Origin: a virus | Direction: 5' to 3' (one strand) | Virus record (IMG/VR): IMGVR_UViG_3300020131_000001 | Span: 1 to 52,509 of that record | DNA length: 52,509 nt | Part shown: in pieces, positions 1 through 9,395 of the stretch | How the letters are laid out: each line of letters begins with the position of its first letter | Numbering within the stretch: the stretch's first letter is position 1 | Notes under the pieces: generated by a model | The model's input: the letters and a program-made list of their open reading frames with translations, nothing else | Database searches by the model: none | Told to the model about the DNA's origin: nothing | Translations under genes and position numbers: made by a program

Positions 1-127
1 CGGAAGCCCGCCGAGTTGGTGGAATTTTACGCTAACGACTACATCCCTGATTCTTCTGGCTTTGACCCCGCCGACGCCGTAGAGACCTTTGCTGCAATCG
101 AAATTACATGGAACGGAATAGCGTATA
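1..127. repeat. Left copy of a 127-bp terminal direct repeat, identical to 52383-52509. It is either a circular-assembly overlap or true terminal redundancy.
   Basis: Read directly. The string cggaagcccgccgagttggtgg...ggaacggaatagcgtata occurs at both window ends and matches base for base over 127 nt. Confidence 0.95.
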
Positions 128-3100
128 GAAGAGAGACCGTCTCGCGTGGTGACATCTCTCGAAGCATGGGTCAGCAGAGTAATTCGGTATCCATTACATT
201 CAGCAACATAGATAGATACCTAGCTGCATGGGCGCAGACAACAGATATAGAGGGAATGTGGCTAGTTATTCGCTATGTCGAGAGGGATATAACAAGTGAT
301 TCTGTAGTGTTGTTTGCGGGTAAAGCGGGAAAGCCTTCGACAATAAACAACAAATCGTTTTCTATTTCCGCAACTCAGGACTTTCTATCACTGACAGCCG
401 AGCTGCCACTTCGTTCCTTTGTTGCCGAAGACCCGAATGGTAGAGACCCGTCTGACGTGCTCTACGAAGGCATAAGGTTTGTCGCTATAAGCGGTACGCA
501 TAGTTATCCTGAGATAATCCCTGCTCAAAACTTCTTTGCGGGACTGATAGGCCAGCGTGACACGAGGATGGTCACTAAGGGATGGTCAACACAGGACGGA
601 ACCCCGCACGGTGCGCCTATAGCGGAACTGTTAGGCCAGGCTCAAATCCAGTTAATTCCCTTCCTGTGGGCAGACCGTGGTGAGTACATGGCCTATAACA
701 TGGCTGCGGGCAGGGGACGTATCGAAGCATTAGAGCAAATCAAATCACGTACGTCAGGCTTCAGCGACCCGCTCTCTAACTTTAACGGAGCGCCGCCCTT
801 CATTTACTTGGGCGACCCCGGCGGAACGGGTAGTAATGCTAATCCGAGTAATCAATTTCCAACGGCAGGGTATTTTTCAGGCTTGGCTTATATCTCCGGT
901 GGCTCAACGGGTACGCGGGCTGATGTAGAAGACGAGCCCCCGGTTGTTACGGCGGTCTATAGAGGCTTACGGATGCCCGTGCCTAACTCCAGTGGTGTTT
1001 ATGCTTCGGACGCCTGGACTGATAACCCGGCCAACATAACAAGATGGGTATTCACCGCGACCGGAACTCCCGAAGGTCTCATGGACGATGCCGAGTGCTA
1101 TCAAACTTCTCTCTTCTGCGACCAACCGTTACTGGATGAATCAAACTCGGAAAGAGTATTCATCCCTTCAACCGACTTTCCCGAAGCTGGCAACCGAATA
1201 AGACGCTTCAATTCTTCCGGACGGTTAAATTCAAGAATCATCAGGGCGAGAATCATAGGTGATTTAGCAGAGCCCGGACTTATTGAGGAAGTATACGAAC
1301 CCCTTGATTTAGGAAACATACCGGGAACGTTTGTTGCCCAGAGGTTCCATAGAAAACGATATACCTTCAATGCTCCGATAACCGAGAGAGTAAAAGCCAC
1401 CGATTTTCTATACAAGATTGTCTATCCAACATTCCGTGGTTATCACGTCATAACAGGAAAGGGGAAAGTAGCCCCTAGAAGTGAAAAGGCGAGCGACAAT
1501 GCAATTCTAAGAAGTGACACGGCGATAGGAGCAACATCCATTCCGGTTGATGACGTGACGCCGTGGAAAACATCAACATGGGGACGGCTTCTAATCGGTT
1601 ATGGTCTGACTACCTCTGAAGTCCGAAAGGTAACAAGCGCCGATTATACGAGTGCGGCCAATGCTATAACGTTGACGACCTCCGCGTCTGGTATCTCTTC
1701 ATCGGCGTCAGGGGCAACACTCGGAAGCGGCTCAACTACTGTTCAAGCTTTCGGCACGGTCACTCTATCTGGTACCCCGGCCAATGGTGCGAGTGTCACA
1801 GTCACCATAAATGGTATTGCGATAACTTACACGCTAGACGCTTACGACACTCTAGCTAGTGCTGTGATTATGCTGGCGATGGCCGTCAATGCTGACACAA
1901 GACTTAATCGCTTCATCTCTGCGACATACGCTGGTGCCGTACTCACCATAAAAGCCAAGTGGGGAACACTTAATCTAAATGCTGCATTAGCGAACGTCCA
2001 TACCGGCCCGCTTGCTAATCCTACCGTTGCGACGGTTCCTTCGATTTCAGCAGGAACATTAGCGGCGGGTGTCTACAAAATAGCTTACGCGAACGTCTCA
2101 GTTATTGGCACGACTCTAATATCCCCGATTGCTTCTGCCACTCTGGTTGCCAATCAGAAGATTGATATTCCCGCGATGGGTAGACCCGCCGGTGTAACTG
2201 CTAGAAACTGGTATGTCTCGGAATCCCCCGGCTCGGATAAGCTTATTTTCTACACTCAGAACACCGGACAGGCTTTCTCGATTACATCACTACCATCAAA
2301 AGACAACCCCGGTATTCCTGCATATAACAGTACGGGTGAAGAAGCTCTGAGAATTGCCATGCCGTTCTCGTCCAATTCTCAGGGCTCTACTGTTCTTGCG
2401 CAGTCTGGGCTAACGCGCGCCAACATCATGGCGGATTCTTATAACTTCCCTTTGGGTTCTGAGCAGAGTTCTATAAATCAGATTAAGGGAAAGTTCAGGG
2501 ATGCGGCTAACGACTGGGCATTGACTGACTTCAAAGTAAACGACAAAGACCACCAGGCACAAATAAGCAAGACCAATCCTTTAGAAGTAGATTTAACCGG
2601 GGTTGATAACTGGCATCAGGCGTTTAGATTGGCTAATGGGTTACTTAGTAAATACCGTGAGGGTGATTGGTTCAATTCACTGAAGACCGGAACAGGCGAA
2701 GCGCTGCTATTAGAGGAGGGCGACCTGATTACCGCAAGTGATGATTCGGGAGAGCATATAAATGTCTGCACGAGGATAGAATCACTTTCGATTAGTCCGA
2801 CATGGGAAGTGACAATCAGACGCGCGCGTAGATACTCAACACTTATGTTCTCAGATGATGTAAGGCAGCACATCATCCCTCTACCTACAACATTAAGGTA
2901 CGTCCAGACAATAGATACTAATTTCGTACCGCTGGATATTCCGATATGGCGAGAGAGCGATGCTCAGCTAGGGCCGGGTATCTATGTGCCGGGAGCGCCG
3001 GAAGCGGGGGAAGGCGATTGGCGGGGCTGGTATGTCTACAGTGATTATACCGGAGAGGATGTTGCTTTAACCGGAAAGCTCGACACTATAAATGTCCTAG

Positions 3101-4539
3101 GTGATGCGCTAACGGTTCTATCTGCTACAACAAATGTTACTACGATAGATACAAGTTCAACAGGCAGAGTCCAGATAACTTCACGCGGTAACCCTGACGA
3201 CACTTATCCTCTGGTCTCTACGACAGAAGATAAGATGTTGAGGGGGGCCAATCTTGCGGCGTGGGGCGCACCCGGCAGATGGGAATTGGTTAATTTTCAG
3301 GATGCCGATTTGGTTGCAGGCACTACTGATACCTACGATATTTCTACGTTCCTTAGGGGCAGGCACGGCACGGAAGCCAATACTTCAAACCATCAGGTGG
3401 GGGACAGATTTGTTCTACTAACAGACGCAGATGGTAATGATATGGGTGTTAAGTATGTACCCTTACCGCTTCATCTGTTAGAACAGACCTTTAACTTGAC
3501 TCCGGTTACAGTCAATCAGGATGTGGCTGATGCTACGCCGCAGAGTTTCACATGGTCAGGATTATCAAGAAAAGACCTTGCTCCGGTTATTGAACCCGTC
3601 ACCAGAGACACGGACGGAGACATACTTATCCCCCTCGCACTAAGGGCAAGAGTCGGAGGAGGCTTGCGTGCTAATCAAGGCGGCTCGGTTAGCGAAGAAG
3701 CAATAGAAGCTTATGTACAGATTTTAGATAAGGACAATGGTTATTCTGAAACACTTCCTAATGGCGAACAGAGAATAATGAAGGTCACGCCGGGGATGCC
3801 CTTAGCAGCATTTCTTGTATCTAATCAAGCTGGAAATTTAGGCGTTGACCAGAACAGCGTGAATCAGTTCAGCTCCAACCCGTTGCCCATAGCAAGAAGC
3901 ATTTACGAGATGGAAGTGCCGGGGCCGGGAAACTTTGTAGAAGCCTCTCTGGAGATTGACGCTAACCTGGGGCAGCAGGTAGCGATGCTGGGTCTTCAGA
4001 GGTCGGGTGGCGTGTGGAATGACTATGACGTGACCCGACTTGCCTATGCCGTACAATTGGACGGCCTCTTTGATATAACTGAGGGCGTTATACAACGGTT
4101 ACACGTTTACGAGCACGGCAATCTTGTTTTCACGGCCTCAAGCAGTGCCACATACCCCGGCTATGACCCCGATTTCGGATGGTCGAGCCTGTCCGATGGA
4201 AGGTCGCTTTTTAAGGTCAGGTTTGAGTTTGTTGGTTCCTCGGTGGTCATCAAGAAAGCCCATACTCAAAACGCTCCCCTGACAAGAATATACACCGGAG
4301 TAGTGCCGACACAGTTCCCTATATTCGCCGTGGGTTCTACCGGAGGCGGGACTAACGACTGGGTTCGGAATATAACTTTAAGTGTGGCCCCCCGCTTAAT
4401 GACCATCTACGACGCCGACCAGCTAAGAGAAGACTTTAATTTAGGCCCGTCCGACCCCCTACCTACGAGTGTTGCAGTGAGAGCATGGCAGCACTCGGCA
4501 ACGATTGGAAGAGGACAGACTACAACAAAGCTTGTTTAG
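1..4539 (+). CDS. Tail tip / host-specificity protein (gpL-like N-terminus fused to a J-like body). This is the 3' 1512 codons; the ORF starts at ATG 52317 across the circular junction.
   Basis: Frame 1 is open from base 1 and continuous with the ORF at 52317. The N-terminus (ITWNGIAYRRETVSRGDISRS...SVSITFSNID...GMWLVIRYV) resembles lambda gpL. It is the largest ORF and lies downstream of the tape measure and gpM-like genes. Confidence 0.75.
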   Translation, partial: RKPAELVEFYANDYIPDSSGFDPADAVETFAAIEITWNGIAYRRETVSRGDISRSMGQQSNSVSITFSNIDRYLAAWAQTTDIEGMWLVIRYVERDITSDSVVLFAGKAGKPSTINNKSFSISATQDFLSLTAELPLRSFVAEDPNGRDPSDVLYEGIRFVAISGTHSYPEIIPAQNFFAGLIGQRDTRMVTKGWSTQDGTPHGAPIAELLGQAQIQLIPFLWADRGEYMAYNMAAGRGRIEALEQIKSRTSGFSDPLSNFNGAPPFIYLGDPGGTGSNANPSNQFPTAGYFSGLAYISGGSTGTRADVEDEPPVVTAVYRGLRMPVPNSSGVYASDAWTDNPANITRWVFTATGTPEGLMDDAECYQTSLFCDQPLLDESNSERVFIPSTDFPEAGNRIRRFNSSGRLNSRIIRARIIGDLAEPGLIEEVYEPLDLGNIPGTFVAQRFHRKRYTFNAPITERVKATDFLYKIVYPTFRGYHVITGKGKVAPRSEKASDNAILRSDTAIGATSIPVDDVTPWKTSTWGRLLIGYGLTTSEVRKVTSADYTSAANAITLTTSASGISSSASGATLGSGSTTVQAFGTVTLSGTPANGASVTVTINGIAITYTLDAYDTLASAVIMLAMAVNADTRLNRFISATYAGAVLTIKAKWGTLNLNAALANVHTGPLANPTVATVPSISAGTLAAGVYKIAYANVSVIGTTLISPIASATLVANQKIDIPAMGRPAGVTARNWYVSESPGSDKLIFYTQNTGQAFSITSLPSKDNPGIPAYNSTGEEALRIAMPFSSNSQGSTVLAQSGLTRANIMADSYNFPLGSEQSSINQIKGKFRDAANDWALTDFKVNDKDHQAQISKTNPLEVDLTGVDNWHQAFRLANGLLSKYREGDWFNSLKTGTGEALLLEEGDLITASDDSGEHINVCTRIESLSISPTWEVTIRRARRYSTLMFSDDVRQHIIPLPTTLRYVQTIDTNFVPLDIPIWRESDAQLGPGIYVPGAPEAGEGDWRGWYVYSDYTGEDVALTGKLDTINVLGDALTVLSATTNVTTIDTSSTGRVQITSRGNPDDTYPLVSTTEDKMLRGANLAAWGAPGRWELVNFQDADLVAGTTDTYDISTFLRGRHGTEANTSNHQVGDRFVLLTDADGNDMGVKYVPLPLHLLEQTFNLTPVTVNQDVADATPQSFTWSGLSRKDLAPVIEPVTRDTDGDILIPLALRARVGGGLRANQGGSVSEEAIEAYVQILDKDNGYSETLPNGEQRIMKVTPGMPLAAFLVSNQAGNLGVDQNSVNQFSSNPLPIARSIYEMEVPGPGNFVEASLEIDANLGQQVAMLGLQRSGGVWNDYDVTRLAYAVQLDGLFDITEGVIQRLHVYEHGNLVFTASSSATYPGYDPDFGWSSLSDGRSLFKVRFEFVGSSVVIKKAHTQNAPLTRIYTGVVPTQFPIFAVGSTGGGTNDWVRNITLSVAPRLMTIYDADQLREDFNLGPSDPLPTSVAVRAWQHSATIGRGQTTTKLV

Positions 4540-4548
4540 GAGTTCATT

Positions 4549-5601
4549 ATGCCTACACCTAATTTATTGATTGACCATGTTGAGAATGTCGGAGACCCTA
4601 TACCACTGTTAAATGACAGGCTGAATAAGTTTGATTATTCATTAGCAGGACGTTTGAGGTTAGATGTCTCTGCGGTCTCGACGCCTTATACTTTAGACTT
4701 AACGACTGCTAGTAACAGGGCGACAAGATACGAGTTTCATGGGACGAGGGCTTCGGCTTTAACTATCATCATCGGCCCGCAGGCTAGCCGAAGGTTCTCT
4801 GTCGAGAATGAAAGCACTACTCAACCGATTACAGTTAAGGTTACATCGGGCGGTGTGGGTGTAACAGTCCCGAACGGCGCAACTGTTCTAATGGAGCATG
4901 ATGATACGAATGTTTATCAGCTTTCATCCTCAAGCCCATTACTGACGAGCCTTATATCCTACTGGGCATTGGATGAGACATCAGGCACCAGACTTGATTC
5001 GCACGGCTCCAATCACTTAACTGATAACAACACGGTCACTCAGAACACCGGAAAGATTGGTAACGCTGCACAGTTTACATCCGCAAACTCTGAATTTCTC
5101 TCCGTTGCTGACAATGCCCTACTTTCTACAGGTGATATTGATTTCACGATAGCCGGATGGGTGTACTTCGATACCATCAGTGTTGACCGCCCCGTAGCAG
5201 GGAAGTGGCTGACAGCCGGGAACCGTGAATACATTGTCCAGTTGGACGGTACTGTAAATAAGATACGGCTTTATGTATCTAACGATGGAACTGCTACCGC
5301 CAACGTTGCGAGTTCGGTAGTCTGTACCACAGCAACATGGTACTACTTCGTGGCGTGGCATGATTCGGCAGGGAATACAATAAACATTCAGGTCAATAAC
5401 GGAACTGTGGATAGTACGGCGCATTCCACGGGCGTGAGAGATGGCACCGCTGGACTAAGACTCGGTAACAACCAGAACACCGGCACGGATTATATGAACG
5501 GTCGTATTGATGGGCTGGGGTTCTGGAAAAGGATTCTGACCTCTGCCGAGCGCACCAATTTATACAATTCTGGGTCGGGCTTAGCATATCCGTTTAACTA
5601 A
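4549..5601 (+). CDS. LamG / concanavalin-A-like lectin domain protein (probable fibre or receptor-binding accessory).
   Basis: AGGAG RBS upstream. The C-terminal half has a LamG-like pattern (YWALDETSG..., FTIAGWVYFD, INIQVNNG, NGRIDGLGFW). It directly follows the host-specificity gene. Confidence 0.65.
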   Translation: MPTPNLLIDHVENVGDPIPLLNDRLNKFDYSLAGRLRLDVSAVSTPYTLDLTTASNRATRYEFHGTRASALTIIIGPQASRRFSVENESTTQPITVKVTSGGVGVTVPNGATVLMEHDDTNVYQLSSSSPLLTSLISYWALDETSGTRLDSHGSNHLTDNNTVTQNTGKIGNAAQFTSANSEFLSVADNALLSTGDIDFTIAGWVYFDTISVDRPVAGKWLTAGNREYIVQLDGTVNKIRLYVSNDGTATANVASSVVCTTATWYYFVAWHDSAGNTINIQVNNGTVDSTAHSTGVRDGTAGLRLGNNQNTGTDYMNGRIDGLGFWKRILTSAERTNLYNSGSGLAYPFN

Positions 5602-5610
5602 GAGGGAAAC

Positions 5611-5988
5611 ATGGACGCTAAAAAGAAGGTTGAAGATTTAATGGTTGATGTCCTCACTCAGATGAGAGACCGCCAGCATATCCACAGGGCCATGAAGGGT
5701 AAACATTGGCAGGGCGCGAGGACTCACAAGACTACCCCGAAAGAGCAGGGCGCAGCCCCTAATCCCTCGGCTAAGATTGAAGGACAGGAAAGCTGGGCCG
5801 AGTTCGGCGTAAATCTCCCCCAGAGCTTGCCTGCAAGCCTCCAGGTTGACGTTTATGACGGCCCGCTGGGTTCGGGCTACACCGTGACCGCAGACGTGGT
5901 TATAGAGGGTAAGACGTGGCGTAGAGTAGCTAACGTGGGGCCGGAATCATACCGCACTATGGATTGGCACATTGTTGAGGTCGGATGA
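5611..5988 (+). CDS. Hypothetical protein.
   Basis: GAGGGA RBS; packed 9 nt after the previous stop; no recognisable motif. Confidence 0.5.
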   Translation: MDAKKKVEDLMVDVLTQMRDRQHIHRAMKGKHWQGARTHKTTPKEQGAAPNPSAKIEGQESWAEFGVNLPQSLPASLQVDVYDGPLGSGYTVTADVVIEGKTWRRVANVGPESYRTMDWHIVEVG

Positions 5989-6027
5989 TTTGTTGCCTGC
6001 AACCGCTGGTTATGGTAATAAGTCCCT

Positions 6028-6543
6028 ATGCGAAAGATTCCTCTCGGCCATAGCGGGCTATTCGCACAGATAGATGATAGAGACTTACCCAAAGTGTCTA
6101 TGTATAAATGGTTTGCTGTGAAGCCCCGAACAGCCTACACGTACTACGCCAGGGCAAATGTCCTTATAGCGCCTTACACTCATAAGACAATCTACATGCA
6201 CAGATTTATTCTTGATGCGCCAGCAGGTAAATCAGTAGCACATAAAGATGGAAACGGCCTGAATAACCAGCGGTCTAATCTCGTGGTGACTACCAAATCA
6301 GTTATTGCTCAGAATCGAAAGGTAAGGAAGAAGCGAGAATCTAAATCAGGCTTTCGTGGTGTGGTATTAGCTGGAGATGGCCGTTATGAGGTTCGGATTC
6401 GCCATAACAAGCAGTTGCACTATCTTGGGGGATTTCCTACAGCAGAAGAAGCGGCAAGGGCTTATGATAGGGAAGCATTAAAGAGATTCGGACATCATGC
6501 TGTGTTGAACTTCCCGAATAAGAGAGCTGCTACAGCAAACTAA
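6028..6543 (+). CDS. HNH homing-type endonuclease with a C-terminal AP2 DNA-binding domain.
   Basis: HKDGNGLNNQRSNL (HNH_3-like motif), followed by FRGV...GRYEVRI...LGGFPTAEEAARAYDREA (AP2 signature). Confidence 0.7.
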   Translation: MRKIPLGHSGLFAQIDDRDLPKVSMYKWFAVKPRTAYTYYARANVLIAPYTHKTIYMHRFILDAPAGKSVAHKDGNGLNNQRSNLVVTTKSVIAQNRKVRKKRESKSGFRGVVLAGDGRYEVRIRHNKQLHYLGGFPTAEEAARAYDREALKRFGHHAVLNFPNKRAATAN

Positions 6544-6799
6544 AAAGTTCAACTTGCGGCACACAAAACAGCCCGTCATATCCAGGCAGGTTAAGTTCAA
6601 GTTCTGCCCATGCCTTCCCCATTGAAGCAGTGATGCTATGCAGGCGGGCTTTATCGGTAATGTCTTGGCCGTCCTTATCTTCTATCCTTTGGCTGATTTT
6701 AGCTTTAGAGCTTTCCAAGCTGCCCGTAGCATGAATGATGATGCGGATTAAGTGGCCATCGAAAAGTATGAGTTCGTTGTCAGGTGAAAGCGTTCTCAT
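6530..6799 (-). CDS. Hypothetical protein.
   Basis: GAGGG RBS; last gene of the leftward block; its stop overlaps the convergent HNH gene by 14 nt. Confidence 0.5.
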   Translation of the reverse strand: MRTLSPDNELILFDGHLIRIIIHATGSLESSKAKISQRIEDKDGQDITDKARLHSITASMGKAWAELELNLPGYDGLFCVPQVELFSLL

Positions 6800-6806
6800 G
6801 CAACCC

Positions 6807-7121
6807 TCATTTTACAACAGCATGTTTCGGGTCAAGTTTGACAATTAGCTTTGGCGACGGGTCGTTATCTTTTAGAAAGAGATTGCCAATGCTGCCCTTA
6901 TTGGAAAATGCAACCGCACGGCCCTTTACGTAGAGAATACAGAGCGACATAGAAGGCTCCGGTTCATAGCCCAGAGTTTCAAAGGCGCACTCGTCAACGG
7001 GGATTTCGGGATGCTCATTAAGAAACTCTACCTTTACCCTGTGCCTAATCGGAAAAGGTTCGTCACCAATAGAAACCTCAATGTTTTCAGGCGGGGCGAT
7101 GAATGTATTTTTGAATAGCAT
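6807..7121 (-). CDS. Hypothetical protein.
   Basis: AGGAG RBS 9 nt upstream of the ATG; co-directional packing. Confidence 0.55.
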   Translation of the reverse strand: MLFKNTFIAPPENIEVSIGDEPFPIRHRVKVEFLNEHPEIPVDECAFETLGYEPEPSMSLCILYVKGRAVAFSNKGSIGNLFLKDNDPSPKLIVKLDPKHAVVK

Positions 7122-7139
7122 ATTCTTACACTCCTAACT

Positions 7140-7382
7140 TTATTCTCCCTTTGAAACGGTTTCAGAAAGAGAGCCCCGTAAGTCGAGTATGGCTTTGGAT
7201 GCCTCATCTAACGCTTGGCGGGCTTCGTATGCTCCGCTAGCCCAGCCTTTCTTCATCTCTAATGCCTTCTGTGCAGCCTCTTCATAGGCTTGTAAGACAG
7301 CATCACGGATGACGGGCATCAGTCCCGGTAGTGAGCTTCCATAGCGCTTGATGATTGTTGCTTCTATATCTTCATTTGTCAT
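7140..7382 (-). CDS. Hypothetical protein.
   Basis: The ATG lies 4 nt after the upstream stop; helical, Ala/Glu-rich. Confidence 0.5.
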   Translation of the reverse strand: MTNEDIEATIIKRYGSSLPGLMPVIRDAVLQAYEEAAQKALEMKKGWASGAYEARQALDEASKAILDLRGSLSETVSKGE

Positions 7383-7385
7383 ATC

Positions 7386-7583
7386 TCACGCTTTAGTTTT
7401 CGGAGGCTCAAGTGGCCCAAACCACTCCCCTTGTTTTTCCTCTACCGTGCAAGGAAATTCCGAGCCGCATATAGCTACTTGAGTCTTTCCCCATACCTCA
7501 AGAATCTCTGGCTCGCTATCTTGCGTCTCTCTGTACCAGTAAAAGCCGTCTATGTTCGGCTTCTCTTTCTTCCAATCGCTCAT
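7386..7583 (-). CDS. Hypothetical protein.
   Basis: ATG preceded by TGGTATAATGAGG (extended -10 and/or GAGG RBS). Confidence 0.5.
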   Translation of the reverse strand: MSDWKKEKPNIDGFYWYRETQDSEPEILEVWGKTQVAICGSEFPCTVEEKQGEWFGPLEPPKTKA

Positions 7584-7617
7584 AACGCCTCATTATACCA
7601 TGTGATAGAATTTGCTC

Positions 7618-7770
7618 ATGTACATCTGTAGAAAGTGCCATCATATTCAGAACAGCTTATTGGAATGCGAGAAGTGTAAGCGCCGAACGATGGTTTCAAC
7701 TTTCTTCCTGCACTTCTTCTTAGGTGCCGATTGGCTGCTTTTGTTTACGGCTGACGAGACGGTTCACTAA
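7618..7770 (+). CDS. Possible 50-aa zinc-ribbon plus TM protein on the opposite strand (below the ORF-track cut-off).
   Basis: My translation: MYICRKCHHIQNSLLECEKCKRRTMVSTFFLHFFLGADWLLLF... The ATG lies 6 nt after TGATAGAAT (extended -10), which suggests a leaderless mRNA. It sits in a gap between minus-strand genes. Confidence 0.3.
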   Translation: MYICRKCHHIQNSLLECEKCKRRTMVSTFFLHFFLGADWLLLFTADETVH

Positions 7771-8077
7771 GCCGCTTTCTCATATCGGCAAGTAAAGTGT
7801 GATGCTGTTTTATCTTTTCCGCCTCTGCCTCAAACCTTGCAATAGAGATACACTCCTGCATCCAACCCATCATCCCTTCGTGGCTTTCACCGTAAGGTGC
7901 GCCAGCTTCAAGATAAGCTTGCCATGAGGCTTTATATACCGCCCTGCCCGCTTCTCTTATCGCATCGAAAAGAGGCTGTAGGTTCCTGACATAAGCCGCA
8001 GCAAGAGCGTTGGCGGCTTGAGAGAATTGTTGCATTTGATTAGCGTATTGTTCGCTCATAAGTCTATTATACCCCAA
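7745..8077 (-). CDS. Hypothetical protein.
   Basis: TTG start with a GAGGTG RBS 6 nt upstream. An alternative ATG at 8059 lies directly after a TATAAT. Confidence 0.5.
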   Translation of the reverse strand: MGYNRLMSEQYANQMQQFSQAANALAAAYVRNLQPLFDAIREAGRAVYKASWQAYLEAGAPYGESHEGMMGWMQECISIARFEAEAEKIKQHHTLLADMRKRLSEPSRQP

Positions 8078-8260
8078 TCTTACACCTCTTACAGAAACTC
8101 CCCTTTGTCCACCTATGCCCGAATCTCTTACATATAAGATGACGAATGAGTCTGTGATAGAAGTGTATGAGTCTGCGGGTGAGATGCATGGGAGTCCTCC
8201 ACGCTGATTCTACTCCGTTTTCTAATCCGTGCATCCCCCCTACAGACAGGAAACCAGATG

Positions 8261-8527
8261 TTAATCAGCGGCGCGGATAGCTTTAATGATGCCGCCAATC
8301 GCCCCATTAGCACCGTTGGTATAGTGGGCTGACCACGGCGGATGCTGCCACTCTTCCCGCTCTTTATCACAGATTTGAATTATACGCTCCCGTTCTGCTT
8401 CTACCGCTTCACGAATCACGGATACCAGCTCTTTATGTTTCTTGCATTTTGGCTCATCCGTGCAATAGCAGATAGTGTTGACTGAAATAGCTAATGCTCG
8501 TTGCTCAGGTGATAAATGTTCGTTCAT
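8261..8527 (-). CDS. Hypothetical protein.
   Basis: GAGAGAGGG RBS; contains CYCTDEPKCKKH. Confidence 0.55.
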   Translation of the reverse strand: MNEHLSPEQRALAISVNTICYCTDEPKCKKHKELVSVIREAVEAERERIIQICDKEREEWQHPPWSAHYTNGANGAIGGIIKAIRAAD

Positions 8528-8592
8528 TTTCCCTCTCTCATTAAGACGAGACGTTAGGTTGATAGGACAGAAGGGTTGCTAGATTCTAACGG

Positions 8593-9357
8593 CTAATCCC
8601 TAGAGGGCTGTAAAGCGTATGCAATCTCTAGCAACTTGAAGCCGTTAATACCGTCTCTGAAGTAATACGAGTTCCAGTTGTCGGGTTTGATTTCAAGTAG
8701 GCTTGCTTCGCGCAGGGCTATCATGCCAAGCCGCCAACGTTCCTCTGACGCCAAGTCGTACCAAGCATCCCAATCTTCGCCGTCTTCATTCTCAGGTGGT
8801 TCCCAGTGGGCAGCGCGGGCATTAGGGAATTGTTCACAGACGCTATAGCTTGTCACCACCGGCAATTCATTGTTAGAGCGCAGAAGACTTACGACACTTT
8901 CCCATCCCATCTCTGCCCGCATGATGCCGCTTTCACGGCCCCGCTCTATGATGTCGGCAATCCAGGCCCGATTCTGCCCCTCAATATAAGCGTGTATCTC
9001 GCATTGACCATGCAGCCGAGACATTAACTTTATAGGGTCTGAGCCGACTATAAAGGCGGTGTTGAGAGCGGCAGAGAAGACATCAACACGCTTTCCGTCA
9101 ACAACCAACAATTCACCATCCATCGCTACATGTAAGGCCGTCTCAAGACTCTCGTTGAATTGCTTTCCTGTATATCTCTGGCAATAGTGATTTGGTGAAA
9201 CGATGCTTCGCAAGGGACTTGGGCGGCCCGGCGTATCCGTATCGTTGATGCCGAGCGACATGGTAAATATCTCATTGCAGATATAGCCCATGTATGCCCG
9301 CTCTGCTCCGCTAACTTCTGCTTCACCTTCTTGAGTGTGAAAGTATATTCGTGACAT
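8593..9357 (-). CDS. Hypothetical protein (254 aa).
   Basis: GGGAGGG RBS; acidic, Trp-rich C-terminus; no motif recognised. Confidence 0.6.
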   Translation of the reverse strand: MSRIYFHTQEGEAEVSGAERAYMGYICNEIFTMSLGINDTDTPGRPSPLRSIVSPNHYCQRYTGKQFNESLETALHVAMDGELLVVDGKRVDVFSAALNTAFIVGSDPIKLMSRLHGQCEIHAYIEGQNRAWIADIIERGRESGIMRAEMGWESVVSLLRSNNELPVVTSYSVCEQFPNARAAHWEPPENEDGEDWDAWYDLASEERWRLGMIALREASLLEIKPDNWNSYYFRDGINGFKLLEIAYALQPSRD

Positions 9358-9395
9358 ATTCCCTCCCGAGTGATTATAACGCTTTGTCTATCGTA

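Noticed and set aside
1101-4095. Several 60-104-aa minus-strand ORFs inside 1-4539.
   Set aside because: They are nested antisense in the host-specificity gene, with no RBS and junk-like sequences.
8128-8370. 80-aa minus-strand ORF.
   Set aside because: It overlaps 8261-8527 in another frame and has junk-like composition. The region is better explained as intergenic with phased repeats.
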